This document shows, piece after piece, positions 1 through 12,491 of a stretch of 64,000 bases of DNA. Within the stretch, counting starts at the first letter, position 1. Each line of letters opens with the position of its first letter. Source of the stretch: Hemiscyllium ocellatum (lineage: Eukaryota); assembly GCF_020745735.1 (NCBI RefSeq), contig NC_083423.1:4588001-4652000 (forward strand). Reading direction: 5' to 3'. The translations under genes and the position numbers were made by a program. Under the pieces are notes generated by a model. It was given only the letters and a program-made list of their open reading frames with translations, was not told the origin of the DNA and did no database searches.

Positions 1-944
1 GCAGGAAAGTGCTTGGGCACAATGTCAGGAATTAACTGTGGTTAATTCACACACCAAAGTAACAATTATAAAACCATGATCTGTTCTCGGATTGAGCAAT
101 GAACTGCACGACTGTCTCATTTTCAGAACCTCTGCACTTTGTGAAATTCTGGCAGTATAACCTCATCGAAATAGTGCTGGTGACCCCAAGCCAGCGTTTA
201 ATTGAGCAATGAAACTGCACAGAGATTAAATGCACTATAAAAGAAGCTCCCTTAGCTATGTGCTTAAGACTAAGTTGAAAGGAACTCTTTGCTGATTGGG
301 GGCTCCATTTCTCAAGATAAACGTTGCTAGCAGCTGAGCACTCCTGTAAAACTGGAATGAGTTCTGTGCAGTTTGTAAGGTAATTCCAACAAGGCCGATG
401 TTCCCACAGATTTGATTTGAATTCTATCAAGGAGTGGAATTGCAAACTTCCTTTTAATGATGTCTTTTACTGTAAGAAAATGATAAATTGCTTTGTAAGT
501 GAACAACTCAATAATTTCCTGAGACCTACCTCCTTGTAAAATCTCCTTATCCCACAGCAGTGAGGGCTGGGTCATTTCAGTCCATCGCTTCCTCTCTGTA
601 TGAAAGTAGTTGTGTTGGAAAATCTGGATTGAAATTGTTTGAGGGAAACGTCCATTTCTGACACAGCAGCTGTCATACAAAACTAGCATCCTGTTGCTAT
701 GACCATCCATAGCCTTTAGGAACACAGGAACAGGAGGCCATTCAGCCCCTCAGTTATATCACTGATCTGTGCCTGGTGTGGGCTTGCGCTTAAAAGAGTG
801 TTTTACCTCCTGCGGCAACGCCTGTGTTATCTTCTGTAATGTCAGAAACTAGGCACGGAATCGTGGCATTGAAGAATCCAACAGACATTGCAGCTAACTA
901 TTATCCAAGGGACAGGAAAGTCAAAGTTACAGGCCAAAACCTTT

Positions 945-1075
945 TGTCTTGATGAAGGGTTTCAGCCCAAAACATTGCCTTTCCTGCTCCTCGGATACTG
1001 TCTGACTTGCTGTGCTTTTCCAACTTCACATCTACTGACTCTGACCTTTGGCCTCTGCGGTCCCTACTGTATCCA
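945..1075 (+). mobile_element. Degenerate Penelope-derived pLTR/HHR fragment (family A)
   Basis: ttgatgaagggtttcagcccaaaacatt followed by the family-A tail (cctgctcctcggatactgtctgacttgctgtgcttttcc); ribozyme core mutated. Confidence 0.7.
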
Positions 1076-1366
1076 GCTAACTGTTATTGATCCAGATTAT
1101 ATTCCTGAGGCGCTTAAGTGTCTGGGCTAATCTTAACCTATTAGATTAACAGAGGAGCAGGCTTCGAGTCGAACGCCATGCTTCATGTGGTCAAAGGGAA
1201 GAAGAAGATGGAGTCAGAGAGCTTTATACCCTCTGGTCACACGTTGTGATGCAGTGACGATATCATGAGCACGTCTCTTAAAGGCAGACTGACCCTGAGG
1301 CAATATAGTTGAAAATGTGTTGCTGGTTAAAGCACAGCAGATCAGGCAGCATCCAAGGAATAGGAA

Positions 1367-1402
1367 ATTCGACGTTTCGGGGATAAACCCTTCATCAGGA
1401 AT
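1367..1402 (-). ncRNA. Minimal hammerhead ribozyme (PLE type)
   Basis: Reverse complement reads attc-CTGATGA-agggtttatcccc-GAAAC-GTC-gaat; helix I attc/gaat. Confidence 0.8.
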
Positions 1403-1435
1403 CCTGATGAAGGGCTTATGCCCGAAACGTCGAAT
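1400..1435 (+). ncRNA. Minimal hammerhead ribozyme (PLE type)
   Basis: CTGATGA (1404-1410), helix II GGGC-ttat-GCCC, GAAAC, GTC cleavage triplet (1429-1431); helix III reduced to palindromic ACGT. Confidence 0.85.
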
Positions 1436-2689
1436 TTCCTATTCCTTGGATGCTGCCTGACCTGCTGTGCTTTAACCAGCAACACATTTTCAACTGTGAT
1501 CTCCAGCATCTGCAGACCTCATTTTTTACCTGAGGCAATATACACAACATCTTTCACTACATTCACTCGTCTGAGTTCACTCAATATCCTAATGCTCACT
1601 CAGCGGTCTGTTTCAATTTTTGTATTGTAATTCTAGCTTTCCGCTTGCCGGCTGGAAGGAGAGGGGCTTTCTGATGTACCCCTGGAGCACCCTGACTTTA
1701 ATCTTAACGTCTGCCTGCTTTTTGAGGACTGCCCCCAAACCTTGCCCCACTCCCACACAACCAGAAGACAGTGTTTCTCCCTAATAACCTCATCAGTTCC
1801 TTTAATAATCTGAGGCTTTGAAATTCTTAGTGTGTCACATTGGAGCGAAACAACGAAAGAGTTTAACTGGTGCCCCGTGCAGTGCCCTGGATTTGGCAGT
1901 GTGTTATCTGAGGGGGGGGTGTTACCCGCTGGTTAGCTGACAATCTGACCTTTATCTTCGAGATTAGTTCCACTGTTTTCTCTCCCTTCATGAAGTTACC
2001 TCAAAACACTGATGGTCCAGGCGTCAGGACGCTGCCTGGTACAATGCTACAAGATTAATCAGCTGTGTATACTCACACGCGTTAATTTTGCAGAGTTCTA
2101 TATTAATAGTTTAACACATCGGATAGTCTTACTGTAAGTGCGGTTACATTGAAACACTCCTGTATTAAACAGCTGTCTTCTGACTCATTCTCAGAGGTCA
2201 GCTGGTAATGTATTAAATTCTGCTGTTGTTGTGGTCTAGGCTGGTGAAATGTTGACTCTTATCTTTTGTATTACCGGAGTCCTCCTTGTTTTACTCGGAT
2301 GTTGGTTATCTGTGGGAACTCAGATCCTCTGCCCCTGAACCCAGCCCTCACCTTCAGGATTGAACTCTGTGCGTAACCAGCTGATACTAGAGACAGTGGA
2401 AATCTTTTCTGTACAGTCAGAAATGGGAGCTCTGTGGGTCCAGGCTGAGCAAGACAGCGGGAAGATCCTACCACCCCATTCCGATAAGGAATTCAGCCAC
2501 ATTCCCTGTTTTAACATGGATTCTCCTTCACATCCCAATCTCCTCCAAATTATTATCAGAGCTCAGCTCCCTCCAGATGCAACTCAGTCCTTCCAAAGCT
2601 CAGCAATCTCATTCCCAGTCACGCATACCCTCGTTCCTCACTATGTCTACACAAGTTTAGGGGCAGCCCTCATTGTTCCCATCACTCCC

Positions 2690-3385
2690 TACAATCCCTC
2701 AATCCCTACGACCCTCACTCCCTCTGACCCTCACTCCCTGCAGCCCCAATCCCGATGACCCTTCACTCCTTAGGACACCTTAGTCCGTTTGACCCCTCAT
2801 TCCCTACAGCCCCTCACTCCCTATGACCCCTCACTCCTGTAACCCCTAATCCCTATGACCCCTCGTTCCATAGGGACACCTCGTTCCATACGACGCCTCA
2901 CTCCCTACGACCCTTCACTCCCTCTCACCCTCACTCCCTATGACCCCTTCCACCCCATGACCCCTCAGTCCATATAACCCCCTTGCTCCTTATGACCCTC
3001 ACTCTCTACAAACCCTTGATCTCTATGACCACTTGTTCCCTCTGACCCTCACTCCCTATGACCCTCACTCCATCTGACCCTCACTCCCTATGACACTCAC
3101 GCCCTTTGATCCCTTGCTCCCTACGGCCCTCATGCCCTATGACCCCCATGCCCTATGACTCCTCGCTCCCTATGACCCTTACTCCCTACGACCCACTTGG
3201 TCTGTATGACCCTCACTCCCTCCGACCCCTCATGCCCTATGACCTTCTCTGCCTATGACCCCTCGATTCCTATAACCCTCACTCCCTATCACCCTTCGCT
3301 CCCTACGACCCCTCACTCCCTATCACCCTTCGCTCCCTCCAACCCCTCACTTCCTACAGTCCCCTGCTCCCTGACCCTCACTCCC
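2690..3385. repeat. Degenerate C-rich minisatellite, unit ~16-17 bp (accctcactccctatg)
   Basis: Tandem variants of accctcactccctatg over ~700 bp. Confidence 0.85.
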
Positions 3386-3884
3386 TGCTGCCACAGAGGA
3401 CATGGAACACTCCACTCCAAATCACGGTTGAGATCAGGTGCCCATCTTCAATCTGTACACCCTGGCTCCTTCCTGTCTTGTCCAGTGTGCCCGTAACCTG
3501 CCATTCCACATCCCTACACACTCCAGCTGTGGACACTGTACTCCATTCCCCCAGCCCCTTCCTGATCATGGCATTCCCACATTTGGAACATCTCTGTGCT
3601 CCTGTTCTGAGGAAGGGTCACTTCACAGATGCTGCCAGACCCTGTTGAGTTTTATCAGCCACGTCTGTTTTTGACCCCATGACCTTGTTCCCCGAGTCTC
3701 TGCCTTCCCAGCAGCCTCCACAGTAAGGGTGCTCCCCTCCCGCAGACTGGAGCACTCCCAGTCAGCTCCTGCAGCCGTGACATTGCTTCGAGTTGAATCC
3801 TTGTGATGTGGGGATATTGACCCTGACCTAATGCAGTGTGTTTCCCAGAGGTCTGTTAGGAACTACTTTACCCCATGCCTGGGA

Positions 3885-4410
3885 ACTGACTTTGTCCCTT
3901 GGCTGACTGTCTGTGTGGAGTTTGCACATTCTCCCCGTGTCTGCTTGGCTTTCCTCCCCCAGAGCTGAAAATGTGTTGCTGGAAAAGCGCAGTAGGTCAG
4001 GCAGCATCCAAGGAGCAGTAAGGGCTCATGCCCGAAACATCGACTCTCCTGCTCCTTGCATGGCCAATTCACCTAACCCACACATCTTTGGACTGTGGGA
4101 GGAAACCGGAGCACCCGGAGGAAACCCACGCAGACACGGGGAGAACGTGCAAACTCCACACAGTCAGTCACCTGAGGCGGGAATTGAACCCGGGTCTTGG
4201 GCGCTGTGAGGCAGCAGTGCTAACCACTGTGTCACCGTCCCGCCCACAAAGATGTGCAGGTCAGCGTGGATTGGCCACGCTAATTTGCCCTTAGCATCCA
4301 GGGATGTGCAAGGCTGCTTGGTTAGCCATGGGAAATATGGGGTTACAGGGCTATGGTGGTGGGGGCTGGGTGTGGGTGGGCTGCTCTCTGGAGAAGTGGT
4401 ATGGACTGTG
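3885..4410. mobile_element. Composite: HE1 SINE (+) split by a collapsed family-A hairpin fragment (~3962-4057) and an inverted HE1 SINE (~4058-4237)
   Basis: HE1 core on + to ~3960 resumes at ~4238 (cccacaaagatgtgcagg); the intervening minus-strand HE1 has its tRNA-like head at 4180-4237. Confidence 0.75.
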
Positions 4411-5130
4411 TGTTTAATCTCAGAGGGTTCTGCCCCAGAAAGCATTGGAGACAGTCATGGAATATTTCTAAGGTAGCAATGGATGGAGGAGGGGGTGTGG
4501 GAGGGTGAGGTTAGGGGTTGGAAACACAAACAGACCAACCACGATCTTATTGATAAGAGAGCAGGTTTAAGGGCCACAGCTCCTGATTCTATCCGGACAT
4601 GTCCTCTTCATTACTGAGAGTTCCTGACCTGACAAAACCAAAAAAATGGACCAAACTTAGTGTAAATAAAACAACATGTTTTTCTGATTAATGAATCCTT
4701 CTACATGTTGCATTTAACACCTTCAGGCTAACGGCTTTGTGTTAATACAACCTCTCAGTATTAAAAATGCCACAGAAATGAGTGACAACTGGTGTCAATG
4801 TATCTAATAAATTTGGGTTAAACCACAAACTGTTGTAACATGCGATGTTCGTTTAGAATTACAGCAGCAGAACATTAGCTGATGTGTATCCCCAACTTTA
4901 AATCAATGTCAGAAGTTTAGTGATGGGAGATGATTTTAAAAAGCTACACAAGAGAACAATGGTTAGTGCGATATTTTAGATGTATGATGCAGTTTGTATT
5001 GTTCCCAATCAGGTATCAACCTCCCTGCCTTTCTCCAGATGATGTGAATGGTTTGTTCCTCCTGCTTTCTGAGTTTCACTCAGTCTCCATTCTCGCCCAA
5101 GCTTAATGTAAGGATATTAGCTTGATTAGT

Positions 5131-5462
5131 GGCACAGTGTCTCAGTGGTTAGCACTGCTGCCTCACAGCACCAGGGACCTGGGTTCGATTCCAGCCTTGG
5201 GGACTGTCTGTGTGGAGTTTGCACATTCTCCCTGTGTCTGCGTGGGTTCCCTCCGGGTGCTCCGGTTTCCTTTCCCAGTTCAAAGATGTGCAGGTCAGGT
5301 AGATTGGCCATGGGAAATTGCCAATAGTATCCAGAGTAGGTTAGCCTTGGGAAATGTGGGGTTACAGGGATAGAATGGTGAGGGCTAGGTATGGTGGGAT
5401 GCTCTTTGGAGGAGCAGGGGCAGTATGGGCTGAATGGCCTCTGTCCACAATGTGGCAATTCA
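5131..5462 (+). mobile_element. HE1 / V-SINE (tRNA-derived SINE with CR1-like tail)
   Basis: ggcacagtgtctcagtggttagcactgctgcctcacagc...gggttcgattcc (A/B boxes), V-domain, tail gggctgaatggcct. Confidence 0.85.
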
Positions 5463-5589
5463 ATGGCTCCAGGAGAGTGTCTTTGTGCATGAGCTTCACT
5501 GTGCACTACCAACATGAGCCACCAGATGGTGATCAAGCTCCAAAATGTTACCCAGGTTCTTCCCAACCTGGAATTGCTATACAACAAAG

Positions 5590-5892
5590 ATTTTGTATTT
5601 ATATGGCGGTTCCCATTACCTCAGGGCACTTTCCAGGCACTGAAGCCAATATCACCAAGGTAATGTAGGAAATGTGAGCAGTTAATTTGTGCAGAGTGGA
5701 ACTGATTGAGGGGTGGCTGTGGTATTCTTTGCTCTTTCTCAGTACAATGGGATTGCTTGCAGGACCTGAGTTGAATGAAGGCAGCTCCCCTTCAGCAGTG
5801 CCTTTAGTATTGAACAGTGAGCGCTGGCTGGAGTGCAGTTTGCTGTCCAAACCCCCTGCCTCAGAGATGAGCGCACTACCAACTGAGCCTTG
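5590..5892 (-). mobile_element. Old Deu-domain SINE (SacSINE1/AmnSINE1-like), degenerate
   Basis: Minus-strand tRNA-like head (ggctcagttggtagtgcgctcatctctgaggcag) and Deu-like core; recognised by similarity only. Confidence 0.5.
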
Positions 5893-6642
5893 GCTCGGCC
5901 CCCAGGATGCTCCAGCTCCCTTTGCCTTTGATGAGAGCAGTTAGTTCAGTTAGAGACCCAAGGAACATCCCTCTGGTTTGAATTTCTGAGTGACAAGGTG
6001 GAGAACTCCAGTGAGCCATCCTTTAATCTTAACATCAACGTCGAAATGTTAATTTTTAGAAGGAAATAAATCTGAGTTGTAGATGACATTGACTGCTGAC
6101 AGCATAAAATTGATCTTGAAGAACAGAGAGATTGTTATGACAGTACACTGTGTGATAGACTCAGGCTAAACTCTTTATGAGTATTTAATGCTTTTATATT
6201 CAAGCACTAGCATAATTGTTTTATGAATATGTATGAGAGACTCAACTCCAAGCAGTGGAGAAAATGATAAATAACCCCTGTGGCTGTATAAAATAAGTTT
6301 CTGTAAAGTTATCGATACTGCATTTCCACTGACCGGTTTGGTTCACAGTGAGAATTGTAAAATTATTCTAATTATACTCCTCCTACAGCAATATTTTAAA
6401 AATCTACTGATTTTTTTAATGGAGCCAAACCGACTGGAATCGATTCTACACATGATTACAAAAGATTTTTCTTGCATGTGGCTGTTTTCTCTTCTGTTTC
6501 TTTTTTGCTCTCACCTCCTGATGGTATTAGTTTGTGTGGACACCTCCTTGGTCTTTGCCTTGTTCAGCAAGAGCTCCACATGAGACAGCTTAGACCGCCA
6601 CCCGACAAATCACTCCATTGGCTCCTGATATTTTTGGTCAAT

Positions 6643-6817
6643 TCATGGGATATGCCCATCACTGGCCAGGCCAGCGTTTATTGCCCACCCCTAATTACCC
6701 AGGGGACAGTTAAGCACCACCCACGTTAATGTGGGTCTGGATTTTCATGCTGGCCAGACCAGGGAAGGACGGCAGATTTCCTTGTGGGGATAAAGCATTA
6801 GTGAACTATTTGGGGTT
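6643..6817 (-). mobile_element. tRNA-type SINE with L2-like 3' tail
   Basis: Reverse complement of the family at 13215-13497 (caattagggatggg...aataaatgctggcct). Confidence 0.65.
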
Positions 6818-8501
6818 TTAACAACCCTATCAACCTGGGTGGCAACTTTCAGGGATTTATGCACCTGGACACCGACATCTCTCTGTTCATCGACACTACC
6901 AAGAATTTTAATATCAGCCCAGTACTCTGCATTCCTGTTACTTCTTCTGAAGTGAACTACCTTACACTTTTCCTCATTAAACTCCATTTGCCACCTCTCA
7001 GCCCAGCTCTGCACCTTACCGTCTGTCACCCACAATATCCTTCAGCACTACCCACAACTCTGTCTATCTTAGTACCATCAGCAAATTTACTAACCCATCC
7101 TTCTACGCCCACCTCCAGATCATTTATAAAATGACAAACAGCAGTGGCCCCAAAACAGATCCTTGCGGCACACCATTGGTAGCTGAGCTCCAGGATGAAC
7201 ATTCCCCATCAACCACCACCCTCCGTCTTCTTTCAGCTAGCCAATTTTTGATCCAAACGCTAAATCACCTTCAACTCGTTAATATGTGCAATAGCCTACC
7301 ATGTGGAACCTTATCAAATGCCTTATTGAAATCCATATCCACCACATCAACCGCCTTACTCTCATCCACCTGTTTGGTCACATTCTCAAAGAACTCAATA
7401 AGGTTTATGAGGCACGACCCACTCTTCACAAAACCATGATGACTACCCCTAATCAAATGATTCTTTTCCAGATGATGGTAAATATAACCTTATAACCTTT
7501 TCCAACACCTTAGCCACAACCAAAGTAAGACTCACTGGCCTATAATTACCAGGATTGTCCTGACTCCCCTTCTTAAACAAGGGAACAACATTTGCCATCC
7601 TGCAGTCTTCTGGCACTATTCCTGTCAATAATGATGACATAAAAATCAAAGGTAAAGGTTCTGCAATCTCCTCCCTAGCTTCCCAGATAATCCGAGGATA
7701 AATCCCATCTGGCTCTGGAGTGTTATCTATTTTCAGGTCTTCCAAATTGCTAAAACCTCCTTTTTGTCAACCTCAATCCCATCTAATCCTGTAGCCTGTA
7801 TCTCTGTATTCTCACTAACATTTTCCTTTTCCAATGTGAATACTGACGAAAAGTATTCATTAAGCACTTCCCCTAATTTCTCAGATTCTACACACTACTG
7901 TCTTTGATTGGCCCTAATCTTACTCTGGTCATTCTTTTATTCCTGATATGCCTATAGAAGGCCTTAGGGTTTTCCTTGATCCTATCCACCAACAACCTCT
8001 CATGTCCCCTCCTGGCTCTTCTTAGCCCTCTCTTTAGATCTTTTCTGGCTAACTTATAGCTCTCAAGCGCCCTAACTGAACCTTCATGCCTCATCCTCAC
8101 GTAAGCCTTCTTCTTCCTCTTGACAAGAGCTTTAACTTCTTTAATAAACCATGGCTCCCTTTCTCGACAACTACATCCCTGCCTGATAGGTATATACTTA
8201 TCAAGGACCCGCAGTAGCTGTTCCTTGAATGAGCTCCACGTTTCAAGTGTGTCCATATCCCCCAGTTTCCTTCACCATCCTATGCATCCTAAACCTTGCC
8301 TCTTTGCATCATAATTGCCTTTTCCCCCAGTTAAACTTCTTCCCTGCGGTATGTACCTATCCTTGCCCATTGCGTAAACGTAAACGTAACCAAATTTTGG
8401 TCACTATCACCACGGTGCTGACCTGTCTCCAAATCTAATACCTGGCCGGGTTCATTTTCCAGTACCAAATCCAATATGGCCTCGCCCCTTGTTGGCCTGT
8501 C
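6818..8501 (-). mobile_element. CR1 LINE ORF2 fragment (end of APE, linker, RT), with stops and frameshifts
   Basis: Frames give MANVVPLFKKG..NYRPVSLT, DFNKAFDKVPHGRLL, WAERWQMEFN, RPTRGEAILDLVL. Confidence 0.92.
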
Positions 8502-8729
8502 GTTGTGGATGTTTTGAGCAAATGGTCTGTTCTCAAATGAAGGGCCATGTGGTATATTCTGACACAATGAGATTCCCAAGACACTTCACAGGACCGTTGT
8601 GAAACCTGACTCTAGGACATTTGAGGAGATGTGAAGCATGGTCAGAGGGTAGGTTCGGGGAGAGAGGCTGTGGGTAGGGGGAGTCTGGAGCTTGGCATTT
8701 AGGTAACTGAGGCCTGGCCACCAGCAGTG

Positions 8730-9097
8730 GAGATACTTCAACTGGAAATATATGACGGGGGCATGGATATGGTGAAAAGCCAAGATCTTTTCCACGGAGT
8801 AGGGCAGGCAAAAATCAGAGGGCACAGGTTTCTGGTGAGAGGGGGAAGATTTAAAAGTGATCTAAAGGGCAATTTTTTCACACAGAGGTAGTGTGTGTAT
8901 GGAATGAGCTGCTAGAGGAAGTGGTGGAGGCTAGTACAATTATAGCATTTGAAATAAATGTGGACAGATTTATGAATAAGAATGGTTTGGAGGGATATGG
9001 CCCAAAAGCAGGGAAATGGGATTAGTTCAGTCCGGGAAACCTTGTCAGCACGGACGTGTTGAGCTGAAGGGCCTGTTTCCATGCTGTACGACTCTGT
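8730..9097 (+). mobile_element. CR1 3' end
   Basis: gaggtagtgtgtgtatggaatgagctg...gggcctgtttccatgctgtacgactct. Confidence 0.8.
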
Positions 9098-10164
9098 GAA
9101 AACATCAAGGATTCATGGAAAATAGGGAACAATGAGGGTTGAGGGACTGGAGGAGATCAGAGAGATGAGGAGGCTGTGGGTCGTGCTGGATTTCCGCCCC
9201 CCACCCCACCTTTCCCCCACCATCCTGAGCTTCAGTTGACTGCCTCGGTGGAGATGGCTCAGATACTCTGTGTTTCTGAAGCCACGCCATTATGAAGTGT
9301 GTACCTGCCCTCACTCCCTGCCCTTTGACCTCGTCTTACCTCAGAACGAGACACGGCTGGGTTGCCAACTTCCCTAAATCCCATCAATTTGAGGGAACTG
9401 GGTTTTCAAGATAATCATTTTAGTCTTTGAGCCGGAGACTATTTGATCAGAAGCGAATAGCAAACATTAATTGAATGAAGGTATAAGGGCGATTTGACTG
9501 AGGACAGCTAGCTGGTATCTCGAGTAATGAAATTGTGGACTCCATTAAAAGGCCTGGCTTTAGATTGCAGCCTTGATTAATGTTTGAATTCTACTAACTG
9601 AGTTGAGTGTGGTCTGTGCACCTAATTACAGCACAGCAACTGATCCAGCCAACAGGAGGATGTCTGCAAAGATGTATGTTACTGAGAGGTAAATGCAGAG
9701 TATAATGGAAGCACACATAATTCAAACCACAACTACTGCCATAGATCGGCTTATTGTTTAATCTTTTGATTCTTGTCATCATCTGATTAAGCCAATGTAT
9801 TTGCAAAATAAAGATGAAAAATAAAAGGAATGAGTTTGGGAAATAACGTGCCTTGATAACCTTGGGGGTTGTTGTTAATGTGGGAATTACCAATTGTAAA
9901 CTTTGGATGGTTTTTCCCATCCTCTTTCATCGGGAAAATTAAACTGTCACAAATGTTTTGCCGGTCTCAAACGCAAAGGTTAGAGGTAGTCAGGCGCTAA
10001 ATTAAAGCCACACAAATCTTTTGTTGTGTTCACTGTGGTAAAGGTTTAACCCTGTCAGGAATTACTTGATTTACAATGTCATTCTTTTCTGAATGCAATA
10101 GCGTGGGTCCATAGAAATTGGGATGGAGCGTAGGCATTGAAGCGTTAACCTCTTTTTTATCTGC

Positions 10165-10745
10165 CGTAGTTGTAGGTATGTTCGCTGAGCTGGGAAGTTG
10201 GTTTGCAGATGTTTCATCCCCTGTCTGGGTGACATCCTCAGAGCTGTGGAGCCTCCTGTGAAACACTGCTGTACCGTCTCTTCTGGAATGTTCTTGTTGC
10301 TTCCAGTTACTGGTTCCAGTTGTTCATTGTCGTGGCTGGTATATTGGGGCCAGGTCTGTGTGTTTATTGATGGAGTCCGTGGATGAGTGCCCTGCTTCGA
10401 GAAATTCTCTGGTTGTCCTCTGTTTGGCTTGTCGTATTATTGTTGTGTTGTCCCAGTCGAATTGGTGATCCATGTTGTCTGCGTATAGGAACAGCTGGTC
10501 ACGGCGGTCACTGGCTGGTTGACCGCTGCAACAAACCATTGGAACCAGCAACCAGAAACAGTGGGAATGAAACCAAATAGATTCCAACCCAGACAGTACA
10601 GCAGCACTTCACAGGAGGTTCCATAGCACTGAGGACGTCACCCAGAACAGGGACAAAACATCCGCAAACCAACTTCCCAGCTCGGTGATCATAACCACAA
10701 TAACTGCAACAGGCACCTGAGCTACAAACCTTTCCACAAACCTTC
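10165..10745. mobile_element. Truncated Penelope-like element with inverted pLTR (family B); decayed HHRs at ~10205-10245 (-) and ~10626-10665 (+)
   Basis: GIY-YIG C-terminal remnant (FDWDNTTIIRQAKQRTTREFLEA) on minus; 10165-10320 is an inverted repeat of 10540-10700. Confidence 0.85.
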
Positions 10746-10809
10746 GTTCCTGTCTATCAGAGAGCTGCCTTCACTGGGTTCTGTCAGAGAGCTAGCCTCA
10801 GCTCACAGC

Positions 10810-10943
10810 CTCATTCCTGATGAAGGGCCCCTGCCCGAAACGTCGATTCTCCTGCTCCTTGGATGCTGCCTGACCTGCTGTGCTTTTCCAGCCCCACATT
10901 CGTGACTCTGATCTCTAGCACCTGCAGTCCTCACTTTCTCCAG
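10810..10943 (+). mobile_element. Family-A pLTR fragment with HHR (core 10817-10844)
   Basis: attc-CTGATGA-agggc-ccct-gccc-GAAAC-GTC followed by the family-A tail. Confidence 0.85.
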
Positions 10944-11109
10944 GTTGCTAAGAATTGGCAAGTTACTGGAAGAGGAGAAAGTGAGGAGTGCGGATGCTAG
11001 AGTCAAAAGGTGTGTTGCTGGAAAAGCCCAACAGGTCAGGCAGCATCCAAGGATCAGGAGAATCAATGTTTCGGGCATAAGCCCTTCATTAGGAATGATT
11101 CTCCTGCTT

Positions 11110-12491
11110 GTTGTGGTTCTGTTCACCGAGCTGGGAATTTGTGTTGCAGACATTTCGTCCCCTGTCTAGGTGACATCCTCAGTGCTTGGGAGCCTCTTGT
11201 GAAGCGCTTCTGTGATGTTTCCTCCGGCATTTATAGTGGTTTGTATCTGCCGTTTCCGGTTGTCAGTTGCTGTCCGCTGCAGTGGCCGGTATATTGGGTC
11301 CAGGTTGATGTGTTTGTTGATAGAATCTGTGGATGAGTGCCATGCCTCTAGGAATTCCCTGACTGTTCTCTGTTTGGCTTGTCTTATAATAGTAGCGTTG
11401 TCCCAGTCAAACTCATGTTGCGTGTCATCTGAGTGTATGGCTACTAAGGATAGCTGGTCGTGTCGTTTCGTGGCTAGTTGGTGTTCATGGATGCGGATCA
11501 TTAGCTGTCTTCCTGTTTGTCCTTTGTAGTGTTTTGTGCAGTCCTTGCATGGGATTTTATACACTACGTTGGTTTTGCTCATGCTGAGTATCGGGTCCTT
11601 CGTTCTGGTGAGTTGTTGTCTGAGAGTGGCTGTTGGTTTGTGTGCTGTTATGAGTCCTAGTGGTCGCAGTAGTCTGGCTGTCAGTTCAGAAATGTTCTTG
11701 ATGTATGGTAGTGTGGCTAGTCCTTTGGGATGTGGCATGTTCTCATTCCGTTGTCTTTCCCTTAGGCATCTGTTGATGAAATTGTGGGGGTATCCGTTTT
11801 TGGCGAATACATTGTAGAGGTGTTCTTCTTCCTCTTTTTGCAGTTCTGGTGTACTGCAGTGTGTTGTGGCCCTTTTGAACAGAGTCTTGATGCAACTTCT
11901 TGTGTGTGTTGGGGTGGTTGCTTTCGTAGTTCGGTGTGTGTGGCTTTCCTGTATACCTTTGTGGGGAATTCTCTGTTCGATGTTCTCTGTACCATCACGT
12001 CTAGGAATGGGAGTTGGTTGTCCTTTTCTTCCTCTCTCATGAATCGGATTCCTGTGAGTGTGGCGTTGATGATCCGGTGTGTGTTCTCTATTTCTGTGTT
12101 TTTAATGATTACAAAGGTATCATCTACATATCTGACCCAGAGTTTGGGTTGAATTTGCAGTAAGATTGTTTGTTCTAACCTTTGTATTGCCGCTTCTGCT
12201 ATGAGTCCAGAGATGGGTGAGCCCATGGGTGTGCCGTTGATTTGTTCATATATTTGGTTGTTGAATGTGAAGTGTGTTGTGAGGCACAGGTCCAGTAGTT
12301 TGAGTATGCAGTCTTTGTTGATAGGTTCCATGTCTTGTTGTCTGTTCTGTATGTCCAGCAGGTTGACTATTGTTTCTCTGACTAGGGTTTTGTCGATAGA
12401 GGTGAATGGGGACAAAATGTCTGCAGCACAAATTCCCAGCTCGGCCAACAGAACCACAACAACGAGCATCCGAGCTACAAATCATGTCACA
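11110..12491 (-). mobile_element. Penelope-like (Poseidon-type) retroelement, 5'-truncated, with inverted pLTR at ~12407-12485
   Basis: RT motifs (YEQINGTPMGSPISG, RYVDD, LPFLDV) at 11762-12400; GIY-YIG domain (NVVYKIPCKDCTKHYKGQTGR) at 11166-11738; imperfect TSD gattctcctgctt / gattgtcctactt. Confidence 0.92.
11146..11187 (-). ncRNA. Hammerhead ribozyme, family B (PLE pLTR)
   Basis: gca-CTGAGGA-tgtcacctagacaggggac-GAAAt-GTC-tgc; C-to-T change in helix III consistent with CpG decay. Confidence 0.75.

Larger units (their letters stand above)
1308..1528. mobile_element. Fold-back non-autonomous Penelope-derived element with HHRs on both strands (family A)
   Basis: Near-perfect ~93-bp inverted arms centred at ~1401; 14-bp TSD cctgaggcaatata at 1294-1307 and 1529-1542. 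Confidence 0.9.

Noticed and set aside
5131-5200. tRNA gene
   Set aside because: It is the tRNA-derived head of an HE1 SINE, continuing into the V-domain; the same applies to the other copies.
6515-6625. Minus-strand exon-like segment with in-frame TGA (selenocysteine idea)
   Set aside because: All three frames contain stops, the acceptor is poor, and there is no selenoprotein similarity or SECIS evidence.
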